Shown: positions 52,140-64,000 of the stretch, piece after piece | How positions within the stretch are numbered: the stretch's first letter is position 1 | Layout of the letters: the number at the start of each line of letters is the position of its first letter | Assembly: GCA_028534125.1 (NCBI GenBank) | Contig: CM052816.1 | Coordinates: 33,172,001 to 33,236,000 of the forward strand | Direction: 5' to 3' | Length of the DNA: 64,000 bases | Origin: Lama glama | Lineage: Eukaryota | Translations under genes and position numbers: made by a program | The notes under the pieces: generated by a model | What the model was told of the DNA's origin: nothing | Databases searched by the model: none | What the model saw: the letters and a program-made list of their open reading frames with translations, nothing else

Positions 52140-53720
52140 CTGCTCATTCACTCATTCATTCCTTCAACAAACATGCATGGAGCACGTCCCATGCGCAGGT
52201 ACTGTTCTCAGGGCTGGGGCATGGCAGTGCCCCAGCAAGGCTATCATTTTTACTCTGCTGGAGCTGTCATTGCACTGGGGGAGACAGATAAATAAGTGTT
52301 TGAGTAAGCACTTAATACAATGTCAGATAAGAATTAGGGGTGTGAAGCAATAAGGGATGTGAAAGAAGAAATGAGGAGCGGTTACCTCAGCTTGGAAAGG
52401 CCTCTCCAAAGAGGGGCTATTTAAGTTGAAATCTGAATAACAGGAAAGAGTCAGCCTTGCAAAGAGAAGGTCAGAAAGAAGAGTGTTCTAGATGAGAGGG
52501 AACAAACAGGGTGATGGCTGGAGGCTGGGTGAATTTGCTAGGTCAGCGAAACAGCAGTAAGGCCAATGAGGCTGAAGCCTATGTCATGGTAAGTCAGGGG
52601 AATTGTTAGGAGATCAGCTTCGAGTGGTGGGTATGTGCTAGACTGCGGTAAGGAACTGGACTTTATTTTAGGTGATAAGGAAGCTATGGAGCGTTGCAGG
52701 CATGGGGATGACCTAAGTATGTTTTCACAATGTTAAAAGACCACTCTGACTGCAGGGTAACAAATGAAATGTAGGGAGTCAAGGGAGCAATCAGGAGGCC
52801 AGGTGCAGGTTCTTTTAGTAGCCGAGGCAAGTCATGATGGTGATTTAGAAAAGGGTGGTGGCAGGGAGCCAAGGAAGTGGACAAGTTCTGTATGTACTTT
52901 GGTGACAGAGAGCAGGATTTGCTGCCTTGAGCAAACTAGAGGATGTGATATTTCCTAGATGGGGAGAGATGGGGGTGGGATTCCTCCCAGGGAGAGAAAT
53001 GACCCTGGGAAGAAGGGTGGGGACAGGAACCAAAAATCCTTTCTGAGCATGTTAAGGAAGGTTGAGTCTGTAGGACATCCAGGGATATGTGTCGGTTTTA
53101 CCTGATTCTGAAGCTCAAAGGAAAGGGCAGGTCTAGATACACACATTTGGGAGTCACTGACACAAAAATAGTATTTAAAGTCATGAGACCACATGAGATC
53201 ATCTAGGGAGAAAATGTGATCCCAAAGCACCTCAAAATTTGGGAGTGGTCCAGGAGAAGAGGAGTGAACAAGAGAGAAGGAGAGGAAGAGAGAGAAAGGG
53301 AAGTCAAAACAGTAGACAGAAACCCAGCAGAAGGTGGTGTTGAGAAGTCCAAGAAAATAAAGCACAGCTGGAGAGAAGGAGTAGTCAGCTGAGCGAATGC
53401 CAAAGATCTACATGAAGACAGGGGAAGAGCCGCTGGGTTGGTCAACATGGAGGCAGTCAGAGCAGGGGCAGGGAAGGGCTGATGCCTGGAGCTGGGAAGA
53501 GTGGGTTGAAGGAAGAATGAGAGACGAGGACTGATAAACACTCAACATAGACTAACTCTTCAAGAAGTTTTGCTGTGAAGAGGAGCAGAGAAGTGAGGCA
53601 GCAGTTAGAAAGTGCATTGCTTTCAAGAAAGGGCTTCTTCCCCCAACCCCAAGATGGGGGATACTGGAGTTTAGCTCTACAGAATCCAAAGGAAAGAGGA
53701 AGGATGTAGAAAAGAGAAGG
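52140..53720 (-). mobile_element. L2 LINE relic (about 1.6 kb)
   Basis: cattcactcattcattccttcaacaaac terminus followed by a purine-rich L2 body. Confidence 0.85.
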
Positions 53721-53874
53721 ACTAACTGAACACTCAAATATTTGTATACTTATCACAGATTTTTTAAATGCATTTGATTCACATTAGACTGAATAGGAAG
53801 TTGTTTTCCAACCTATGAGTTGTAATTGTGACAATCTACAGGAAATAAAACTGAGTGGTAATAATAATAACAAT

Positions 53875-54090
53875 ATTAACTTAATTTGTGTCTAGGGCTT
53901 ATTATGTGCCAGGTATTGTTTTATGTGCATATTAGCTTCTTTATTCCTCCAAATTACAATAATTATTCTCACATTACACTTAATGAGGAAACTGAGCTAC
54001 AGAGAGATTAAGTAACTTGTCTAGTGTGGTATAGGCAGAAAGTGATGGAACCGGGATTCACACTCAAATAATACGACTCTGAAGCCTTCA
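53875..54090 (-). mobile_element. MIR
   Basis: atgtgccaggtattg...aatgaggaaactgag..agagagattaagtaacttg. Confidence 0.8.
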
Positions 54091-55101
54091 CGACCAGGAT
54101 CAAGTGGAAAAGGTTTTACACGTGCTGGCATTTCCTCAGTTCATGACATGTTTTATGATTCACCTTCTTTCAGTTACCTCTTCTTTCTTTAAGAGTATGT
54201 GGTTATAGAAAAGAATGAAAGCGAATTATTTTTCAACTCTTTCTCTACTTGGGGCAATCTTAGGAGATGGTCAAGCTAATAGATGTGGGCAGCAATTCCA
54301 TCACAACTGTTTGTTTCAGAATATTTTATAAACACTTACTGCACATTAAAATACAATATATTTTCTAAAGTTAGTATCATTTTTTCCATTCAAGTATTCC
54401 TTCTATAAACACATTTGATGTGCATTTATATATTTCTTTAATGGCTATATGGTATTCAATTGTTGAGACGTACCACAGTTTATTTAACCCATCAAATATA
54501 TATGTGTATGTGTGCTTATGTATTTATATCAGAAGTCCAAGTTCTTGGCAGAGAAATTAGAAAATGCAGCTTAGCAAAAAGAACTCCACTCATTCTTTCA
54601 TTTTATAAATATTACCGAGTGTCCATTTTATGTCACGCAACCATTATAAATCATGCTTTCTAATACTATTTAAAAGCATGAGGAAATGCAAAGGAAAAAC
54701 TGCAGGATATAAAAGTAGATGGAAAGTATGTGAAAATTAGTAAAAAAATAATTAAATCACACATACACACACATGAGAAGTGGGGGGTGAAAATGTAAGC
54801 AGTAGTTATTTCTGGGTGGTGAGATATTAAGGATGATTTTTATTTTCTTTTGCTTGTCTCTTCCCCATTATTTTTCCATAATGAACATATATTACTTTAA
54901 CACTCAGAAAAATGTTATTTCAAAAATTAAATATTTCCACATATTACTCTGAGAGCACATGCATTACCAGACATCTGATTTGAAGCTAAAATGGAATCCA
55001 TTAAGATAGTAAGGCACAGGGGATATGAGGACATTTTTATTATTTCAATTACTCAATAATAATGCTCCAAATTATTCCACTGCCAGGAATACTGTTCAGG
55101 A

Positions 55102-55102
55102 T

Positions 55103-55137
<35 letters not shown>
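55102..55137. repeat. (TG)n microsatellite
   Basis: Read directly. Confidence 0.95.
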
Positions 55138-55138
<1 letters not shown>

Positions 55139-55949
55139 TGGGGCAGTATAGAATTATGCAAGCTAATTAGTATATATTTAACAAATGATGGACAATTAAC
55201 ATGCAGCTTCTTGCCATTAGATCTTCCTAGCAGAGAAAGAAACAAAGAGAGATCCTGGAGACATTTCCAAGGGAAAAAAGTTCCCTGAAGTATAGGTAGA
55301 AAATTCAGACGCTTTGCTGCATCCCTTTGTTCAGGTTATACCTTTAAGATGCATCTTTTCTTTTAAACTTTCTATTGCAGAAAGTTACGAACATACTAAA
55401 TATATATATGTATCTGAGTGCTTAAAAAGATGATTAATAAACCCCATATCCCCATCACTCAGCTTCAATAATTATCAACATTTCAAAGATTTTTCTTAAA
55501 TAGCTTATCTTCCATTAGGAGGAAACAATAATACTTATGGACAGGAAAACTATGTTTGTAAAAACATTTTTAAACACTAAATTTAAAAAAAAATGGTTAA
55601 AAATCTCACTGTGCAGATCTGAACCAAACTTTGAATAAGTCCCCAAATTGTTTCTGAGGCCTGCTGATGCGACGACCACCTTTCCCACTCAGTCTGCCCT
55701 GCCTCTCCCATGGCTGTCTGCGTGAATTATCACACGTGGGAAACGGAAGGACTAAAACAAAGAAAGCAGTAAACCAGGAACCGTGAGGCCACAAGACAGA
55801 ACTAGGGGATTAGTGAGCGCTCACCCAGGGCAAGTGTGGTCCAGAAGTCAGCCTGGGCACAAGGCTGCAGGGGCTGGGCAGCCCCTTTCAGGAAGGTCAT
55901 GAAGCAGGGCGCGTGGTGCACTATCCAAGTGTCACCCGGTTGTACCTAC

Positions 55950-56197
55950 CCAGACTGTTGTCGCTGCTTGTGGGCCAGGAGGCAATTCTGTCCCTCAGCT
56001 TCTTCTTTTTACAGCAGTTGTCTGACTTCTCAGAAAGGCCTACTTCCTCCTTCCTAATTTCTCTGACGAGCTGCATGCGGCGCCTTGTAAAATCCTGAAA
56101 GGAAATCTTTCCGTTTTCATCTGCGCCCAGTTGGTTCATGATCTCAGCTACAGATTCTTCCATATTCAGCTGGCGACAGACCATCAACAAGTCATTT
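55950..56197 (-). CDS. MCC: MCC coding exon (exon 2 of long isoform; EF-hand region)
   Basis: Translates (R)NDLLMVCRQLNMEESVAEIMNQLGADENGKISFQDFTRRRMQLVREIRKEEVGLSEKSDNCCKKKKLRDRIASWPTSSDNSL(G), which I recognise as MCC. Acceptor ttcttctcttcaaaacccttctgtag|A at 56197; donor CTGG|gtaggt at 55950; 248 bp, phase 2 in, phase 1 out. Confidence 0.97.
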
Positions 56198-57451
56198 CTA
56201 CAGAAGGGTTTTGAAGAGAAGAAAAACTTGTTAGGAGAGACATTTGAGCTAGAGAAAATGGTTAATGGGAAGAAAAAAAAGGAGTATTTCTTGAATATAT
56301 CCACACGTAGGAAAACTACTTCACCATTCTCATTGCTCCTGGAAAAGTGGTAAGTGTGCAAAAAGATCTGTTTCACTTGGATTATTCTAGACAAGAACTT
56401 TATTATTATTTGGAAGAGTGAGGCAACTTTAAATCCTTCGTTCTCTTTTTCTTCCTGTGTCCACACCCTTCCCTCCTTTTTTCTTTTGAAATTGATGAAT
56501 TACCTGTAGAGTATAGCACTGTAACCTCCCCGCAAGATAAAGTTTCAGAATATAGAAAAGATATTGTTTCTACTCTTGGCAGAGTTTAAAATCTAGTCAA
56601 ATTGTAAAAGAACAACAAAGGTTTTAACAAGCTTGGTTTTCAGCTTTCTGGACCAACCAGCTAATTTTAGTGCTTCTTTAAAATGTTATTTAATCTCGAC
56701 TTTCACGACTCTGTGCTCACCTCCCTCTGGCTTTTCCTGGTTTTCTTTGAGTATTTTCTGCCTTCCCATCAGCAATTAGTAACCCCTAAGCCTTAGAGCA
56801 GGGATCAAGTTCCCAAATGTCTTCCTAGGACATAATGGAAATGTGTGACAAGAGGGGTGGGTGGAGTCTGTGGATGGATTAGAGAAGAATATTCAGCATA
56901 TAGGTTCTCAAACTAAAGAAACAGAAAGAAGAATAAAAGGAATAAAAACAACAACACTATGCTGGCCAAGAATGTTTATGGAGGACGTACCATTTGACTC
57001 TGGACATACGAGTCTTGTTCTTTTCTCTCTTTCTAAACTCCTTGGGGAAATAGTTTGTTCATATTGCTCCAGCTGTAAGTCTCAATAAAGGTCAAAGGAT
57101 TATGAATTTAAGAGCTGGAAGAGACATTAGGCTATGACAACAAAGAAAGTTAATTAGTGCTCCTGTGTCACCATACCACCAAATCCAATCATCCGGAGAA
57201 CACAACCAATTTGATGTTTGCTGATACTTGAAGCCTAACCGTGGAAAGACCAACTCTTCTCCTCCAGTCGCTCTTCACAAATTCCTTCTGGTCAACGCTA
57301 GCATGATTCCCCAAGTTCCCTAGGCTCACAGAATTGTAGACATTTTTAATATCATCTCATTCACTCTGTTTTAACCCTAATTTCCCCATCCTGGTTCCCA
57401 GTGTTCAGTTTATCACCAAATTTCTGTTGGTCCTGTCCCTGAAATGCTTTT

Positions 57452-57521
57452 TATTTTTTATTGAAGTATAGGTGATTTACAATGTTGTGTTAGCTTCTGG
57501 TGTACAGCATAGTGATTCAGC

Positions 57522-57568
<47 letters not shown>

Positions 57569-57708
57569 TCTTTTTCATTATAGATTATTACAAGCTGTTG
57601 AATGTAGTTCCCTGTGCTATACAGTCTGATCTTGTTGTTTATCTATTCTGTATATAGTAGTTTGTGTCTGCTAATCTCAAACTCCTAATTCATCCCTCCC
57701 TTCCTATT
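57452..57708 (-). mobile_element. 5'-truncated L1 3' end with 12 bp TSD and internal (TA)n
   Basis: TSD tgaaatgctttt at 57440-57451 and 57709-57720. Confidence 0.92.
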
Positions 57709-57985
57709 TGAAATGCTTTTCTATTTACTCTTAACTATGTTTTCCAATATGCAGAACACTCTCCAAGACCTTCTTCTCAGTTAGCTCATTAGCTCATTTA
57801 GCTGTTCCCCTTGCTTCCACATGCCATCCTATCTTCATGTTTCATAAAGATTTTGACACAGAGCTATATGTGTTATTTTATCTTGTTTGTGTGTCTGTGT
57901 ATATATGTATATAATATAGTGCTTATGTTTTTATTTATAAGATAGATAATGAGTAGATGGATAAATGTATAAACATGGAAGGAGG

Positions 57986-58372
57986 TATGGTAGATTAAAT
58001 TATTAGTCCTAATTTTTCACTTCCCTGCAGGACTGTTGTACATCCGTACACTTGCCTTGGCCTTGGGGCCCTTTTCCACCCTTTTAACCTCAGACTTGAC
58101 ATCTAACTTAGCCTCTGGGATATATGTGTCCAGTTTATCCCCAATTGGGCTTGTCCATTTTTGCTTCTGCCATCATTATGAGAATAACAAACCATGGTAG
58201 CTATTAACCCTCTAGCCTGGGCCCCAAAATGAGTCACCTCAGCTGATCTGCAGACCTGTAGCCTAAGAAGAACCACTTCCGCTGAACCAAAGATGTGTGA
58301 TCTAGAGTAAATTCTTATTGTTTATGCCAGTGAGATTTTGTGGTCGTTCCCCAGCAATAGCTAACTGATACA
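57986..58372 (+). mobile_element. MaLR LTR (MLT1-type)
   Basis: Ends atgccagtgagattttgtggtcgtt..cagcaatagctaactgataca. Confidence 0.75.
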
Positions 58373-58804
58373 ATGGAATGATTTGTTTTATGCATTCATA
58401 TGCTTATTTTTTTTGCCCTTCCCTGACATTCGACTGGACTTGTCAAAGATAGGGGTGATTATGATTGGTAGAGCAGGGATGCAAACAAAAAGAAAGGGTC
58501 AATGTTCAAGTCCTACATTCTAAAATAAGAATTTCTTTTTTATGGTTTTAGATAATAGTCTTAAAAATTAGGCTTGGTGGGAGACAAGAAGTTTCTTAAT
58601 TTTCATAAGTTCACATAATAAGATGTTAATATTTTCTGATTTTAGTATATGTGCTGCCAAAGCAAGCACAATATTTTCTGAACAGTAGGAATATGATGCT
58701 TTCATTTTCTTATTTTTGCCCATCTGTATTTGTAACTTTCTACAACATACACTACTTTCATAAATTCCTATGTCATTTTTTAGGTTTTAAAAATGAGGAT
58801 AATA

Positions 58805-59200
58805 GTAAGTTAGAGAAAGACCAATATCATATGATATCACTTATATGTGGAATCCAAAAAAAAAAAAATGACACAAATGAACTTATTTACAAACCAGAAA
58901 TAGTCTCACAGACATGGAAAACAAACTATGGTTACCAAAGGGGAACAGGGTAGGGAGGGATAAATTAGGAGTTGCGATTAACATACACACACCACTATAC
59001 ATAAAACATAAAGAACAAAGACCTACTGTACAGCACAGGGAACTATATACACTATCTTGTAATAACCTATAACAGAAAAGTATCTGAAAAGGAATGTATA
59101 AAATATATATATATACGACTGGATCATTTGCTATACACCTGAAACTAACACAACACTGTAAATCAACTATACTTCAATTAAACAAATGTAAAAAAAAAAA
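58805..59200 (+). mobile_element. L1 3' end inserted into a MIR
   Basis: Encodes EKDQYHMISLICGI; poly(A); TSD-like aaat(g/a)aggataata; MIR continues 59200-59310. Confidence 0.9.
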
Positions 59201-60256
59201 TAAGGATAATAATAGCACCTGCCTCTTAGGGTTGTTCTGAGGATAAATGCATGTAAAGCACTTAGTTCCTGGCACAGAGTAAGTACTCAATAATAGTAGC
59301 CGTTATTAAGATTATTTTGTAATTATTGATCATAAACCTTTCACAATGCCCCAGTTTCATGCCTAAGTCTTTAGCAATTAAGCCCAAACTGCTTGGGGGG
59401 GGGGGGGAATAACGCTTACTGAGTTGAACTGACTCCCTTGCTAAGGGGGACCATCCTTCTGCAGAGGCTCGCTGGTCTCCCTGCCTGGGGCCCACTTACA
59501 CTTTCCAACAATGGACACCCTGCTGAGAAACTCAAGTCTGTCCAAGCTCGAGATGCTCCATTCTACAAAAAGCAGCTCAAAAAAGAATCTGTGTGCTAGA
59601 AATGCCAACTCAGAGGAGAATGTGTAACAACGGCACTTCTATTTAAAAAAATGTGGGCCACTAAGAGGCTGACGTAAAATATGAAAAACAAAATAAAGGG
59701 CATTCTACTAAATTAAGTCAGGTTATAATCTTTAAACAGAAGTGCTAATTTTCTAAAAACTAAATCAAAGCTAAATCCTTTCAGTAAAGAGACAGAGAAC
59801 TAGCAATAACAACGAACAAATTTGCAGGAAAAATGCAATTATCCCCAGGTTAAACATAAAGATACGAAGGCTGAAAGAGTCCTAGAGCCCAGACGTGGCA
59901 GAGCCAGGAATCCAAACCAAAGCAGTCTGATCTCAAAGCCCTTGCCCTTTCCGTGGACCAAACACCTCCTTGGATGTCCACAATACTTACATTTTGTGCT
60001 CGGAACACAAACAACGACAGCAGTAATATGAGCAGCTGATAATCAACAATCATTGATTAATAATACTTTTATATTAAACTAGAAAGACTACATACACCTA
60101 TATATGTGCTACCTGTCTATGTTAAATGTGAATAGGAATAATGTTACATTTTGTTATCCACATAAGAAAACAGTTGTAAGAGAGAAAAAATTTTTCAAAA
60201 GCTCTCCTTTATACAAGCCTGGAGTACTTGGTTCACAAAGTTTTACTATTAGCCTT

Positions 60257-60490
60257 TGTGCTGGGCTGTTTCAAACAGGTCTCAATGGATCATACGTCCC
60301 TGGGACATGCCGCTCTGCAATGTGTCTTTGCCATGCCTCCCATCACCAGGTGGAAGCTATTTCCCTGCCCTTGAACCTGGGCTGGCCTTGTGACTTGCTT
60401 TGACCAATGGAATGTGGCAGAAATAACTAACATGCTAGGATTCCTGAACTCAGGCCTTAAGATGCCTTGTAGCTTCCACTCTCAGCGCAA
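60257..60490 (+). mobile_element. MaLR LTR 5' fragment (MLT1-type)
   Basis: cctcccatcaccaggtggaagctatttccctgcccttgaacctgggctggccttgtgacttgctttgaccaatggaatgtggcagaa. Confidence 0.8.
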
Positions 60491-61975
60491 GTCGTTCCAA
60501 CTTCATGCTGTCCTGGTAGCCCACGCAGGCCCAAAAGTGGTCTCTTCCTCCTGCTAAGACTCTGCACCTGTACTCCACACAGCCTTGGGATAACTTTTAT
60601 GTTGTTGTATTAAACTTTCCTTTCTTTTTCTTAAAAAATTCTTTTCACACACTCAAAGTCTTACCTTCCCAGCCTGAGCACAGGCTCCTGGAAGCCAGTG
60701 GCCATGCATCGATCTCCCTTAAGCCCCTTGCAGCACCCAGCGCCTTCCCCTGTATGCAGCAGAACCCCATCACATTTGTTTTGACAAATGGATTCGTAAA
60801 CTCTCAGAAGCTAAACATGATTCTTCTTTTGATGGGGTCCCCACTTCATCTGATTTCTTCCCACAAATACCTGTCTTTGTATTTTCCCACAGAAGGCAGC
60901 ATATGGGATGCTCAGTGAGTATGAATGGCCAACAGACAACTTAGAAACAAACAACAACCCTGCAGCCTTAGGGACAGAGCAGCATGACAGTCTCTCTGAC
61001 CTGGCCAGGAACCTTTCCCAGAGGAAGAGGTGCTAAGCTGCGGTTGTCTGAAACTAAGAAAACACAATGAAGAACTATTTCAGCGGCAATAACATTATCT
61101 TATAAGGCAACTGTCTTTAAAATAAAAACCAAAAAACTTCTGTATGTTATTTCAGAAAATACACCCATTCATTGCAGAAAATGTAGATAAGCAAAAAGAA
61201 GAAAATACAAATTACATGCTATCCTTCTACCCAGCAATAACCACAGTGAAAATTCTAATTAATTTCACAAAAATTGGGTTAACATGTTTTCCTCTAAGTT
61301 TCCTCCAAATAAAGAAATTTCCTCCAAATAAAATTTCCCTTTCATCATTGCTACAACTGCTCTAAAAGGCACTTCATATTTATTCATATTCACAGGTGTA
61401 TATTTTATCTTCAGAAGTATAACCATGAGGCAAAAAGTAATATATTCCAGTTTAAAGCAGAGGAACTGGCCAAATTAGATAATGTTTAGCTCTGCAGAGA
61501 ACACCAATCACCAGGCAGCAAAATTAAAATATGACTGAGGATCGATGCTTCTAGATAAAAAATCACATGGTTTTACAATGTATAGCTATTACTTTCTGTA
61601 CATAAAAGCCTTTTTGTCTCTTGGCTATTCTTTTTCGTTTAACTTATAAAGAAATTGAATAGTAAGTGAAAAATCATTGGAGCTATTTATCATTCAGGAA
61701 AATTCACAGCCTAACACTAGGAAGAGATGATGGGAAAGATGGGCTTCGGTCTCCCAAGCTCAGATGCAGAGATAAACACTGTTCTCCCCCACAATGACTC
61801 TTAACCCCAAACGCAGCTGGAATGAGGGCTCTGCAAAAACAATTGTTACTTTCAGTAAGAGGGTAGATGCTTCTGTTCACAATTCTCAACTAACAGATAC
61901 CTTTGCAACTATCAGATATGCCAGAAATAGTTGCTTATTTATCTATGAAAGAATTCAAAAGAAGTCTGAGTGAGA

Positions 61976-62030
61976 GGGGGAGGGTAATAAATAAATAAAA
62001 ACCTAATTACTTCCCCTCAAAAAAAAAAAA
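61976..62030 (+). mobile_element. Vic-1-type SINE remnant lacking the tRNA body
   Basis: gggggagggta joined directly to ataaataaataaaaacctaattacttcccctc plus poly(A). Confidence 0.75.
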
Positions 62031-62689
62031 GAGTCTAAAAGTTCATTTTGCCCCTAATTGTTCAATTTGAGTCACATAAACATGTAATTTAGGAGACTCT
62101 AACTTCAGTTTCATAAATATTCAAAGTGTGAGAAATCATAAGTCATTAAAAAACAGGCTTTCTGGTCTACAGTGGGCAATTTTTGGGGGGAGCAAATGCA
62201 TTTGCCTTTCATCATTGCTTGAGTTTATTTGATCTAAAGTGAAGAACAAAACAAATAACTAAATTGGCAAACAAACTCATAGTTAAACTAAAAGGGGAAG
62301 AGTTTATTAATCTAAGGGATTTCAGCAAATTTCAGAAAGAAACTAAGGAGATGGGGAGAAGCTGAGCAGTGTGATGGATGATGAGCATGAGAAATGGGGC
62401 TGCAAATGGTGGGGCTACCTTACTTTTCCCAGCATGGGACAGGGAGGCAGTGTTCAAGGTTGATACGTCAGGACACTGACACAGTGGTTATAAGCACATT
62501 ATGGAAAAAAGTCATCAAGAGACTGAAAAGCACAAAATGGGCTTCAGCATGGGCTTGGGGGCAGGCAAGAGACTTGTGTTTTGTCATGTGCTTTTTTGTA
62601 GCATTTTATTGTTGTTTTTTTTTTGCCATGTGCATGAAGTGTCTTGATAAAAGTAATGACAATCAAGTGAGTCATTAATTTAACCTGAG

Positions 62690-63700
62690 ATATGACAGAC
62701 AAAAGATTAGTATTTAAATACATAACAAATTCCTACGCTGTAATACGTAAAAGATAACAACCCAATTGAAAAATAGGCAAATGATGTGAACAAAATATGA
62801 ACAAAAAAGAAAACCTGAATGGCTGATAAAGATGTGGAAAGATTCTCAACCTCGATAAACATAGTGAAATGCAAATTAAAACAAACAATGGGATACCATT
62901 TGAATACGTATAGGCTTGGCAAAACTGTTAGTCTGTCAGTACCAAAATGTTAACAAAGAAGCAGAAACTTTCATGTGGTGTTGGTGGAAGAAAAACTGGC
63001 ACCACTTCTTTAGAAAGAATTTTGGCCACACCAAAAAAAATGCACACCCTTCAACCAGAAATTTAACTTTTAGTTATATATGTTAAAGAAACTTAAGCAG
63101 GGACACAAGAAGACATGCACAGTATTTGTAACAGCAAAGATTAGGGAAAGGCTTAATGATAATATTAATAATCATGCTAGTAAGAATAACTAAGATGCAC
63201 TGGATGCTTACTGTGTGCTGGGGCTTGAGCTAGCAGATATGTAAACTGAGGTATCATTAGCTAATGAAATACTACAGAACAGAGTTTTCAGAAGAAATAC
63301 ATTTACAACACATCATAATTAATAAATCCCAAAAACAGCAGTGAGTAAAAAACCTCAAGTTGAAGCATAACATGAATGATAGGAAAGCACTCATCTGAAG
63401 TTTAAAAATATACAAAAATCACTATCAATTATATATGAATTTACACATAGGCAAACAATAAAAACAAAGTCAGGAGGCATAAGCATCAGCTGTAAAGTGG
63501 TGAGTGAAGGAGAGGGGGAACAGGATTAGGGAAGGGTATAAAGGAGTTTAAATGCATATATAATGTTATATTAAAAAATCATAGGCAAATACGACACAAT
63601 GTTAACATTTTTCAGTGTGGGTAGTGGATACATGTGTCTTTACTACACAATTTGTAATTTTCACTATTTAAAAATCTGTCTTGATAAAAAAAAATTCTAA
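62690..63700 (+). mobile_element. Ancient L1 (L1ME-like) ORF2 end and 3' UTR
   Basis: aacccaattgaaaaataggcaaatgatgtgaac...gaaatgcaaattaaaaca motifs. Confidence 0.75.
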
Positions 63701-64000
63701 CGTATGAAAAGCCAACTTAAAACAAATCTGGTCTGAGGCCACGGCTGGAGGGTATAAAACTTGTAAAGTGAACGATGTCATTTTTATCAGTAAGCACTAA
63801 CAGGACTTGTGTCTCGGAGTCAATCAAATTAGAGGATCCAAAATGACACTATTCATCCTTTCAGGCTATAGAGCATCAGGTTATTGTCCTGGTATGATTT
63901 TTTGAAAGGAGAGTTACTCATCGTTAAATGGTCTAATCTCTCAATACCATTTTTCAAACATCCCTTGAGAAACATCTACTACCTGTTAGCACCACCAGCC

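Noticed and set aside
56198..56466. N-terminal part of the 181 aa ORF 55921..56466
   Set aside because: Open intronic sequence upstream of a clear splice acceptor; MCC similarity starts at RNDLL.

Overview
This is mammalian nuclear DNA, almost certainly from a camelid (camel, llama or alpaca), judged by repeated tRNA-Ala-derived Vic-1-type SINEs. The whole window appears to lie inside the MCC gene (mutated in colorectal cancers), transcribed on the minus strand. Two MCC coding exons are clear: 56197-55950 (EF-hand region, exon 2 of the long isoform) and 30835-30621 (exon 3). They have canonical AG/GT splice sites and compatible phases across a 25.1 kb intron. The rest is intron, dense in L1, L2, MIR, SINE, LTR and DNA-transposon relics and microsatellites; nearly all other ORFs in the track are spurious or repeat-derived. 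I see no new multi-gene system. The best leads are: (1) an ERV1-type LTR with tRNA-Thr PBS, CCAAT array, octamers and a splice donor, in the same orientation as MCC; (2) a SINE apparently carrying a 3'-transduced 90 bp segment inside its TSD; (3) two twin-primed (5'-inverted) L1 insertions, one near full-span but lacking ORF1 and one only 90 bp; (4) a CpG-rich 120 bp cryptic or poison exon candidate. Repeat subfamily names and human MCC comparisons are from memory of consensus sequences, not from a database search; boundaries of old repeats are approximate.
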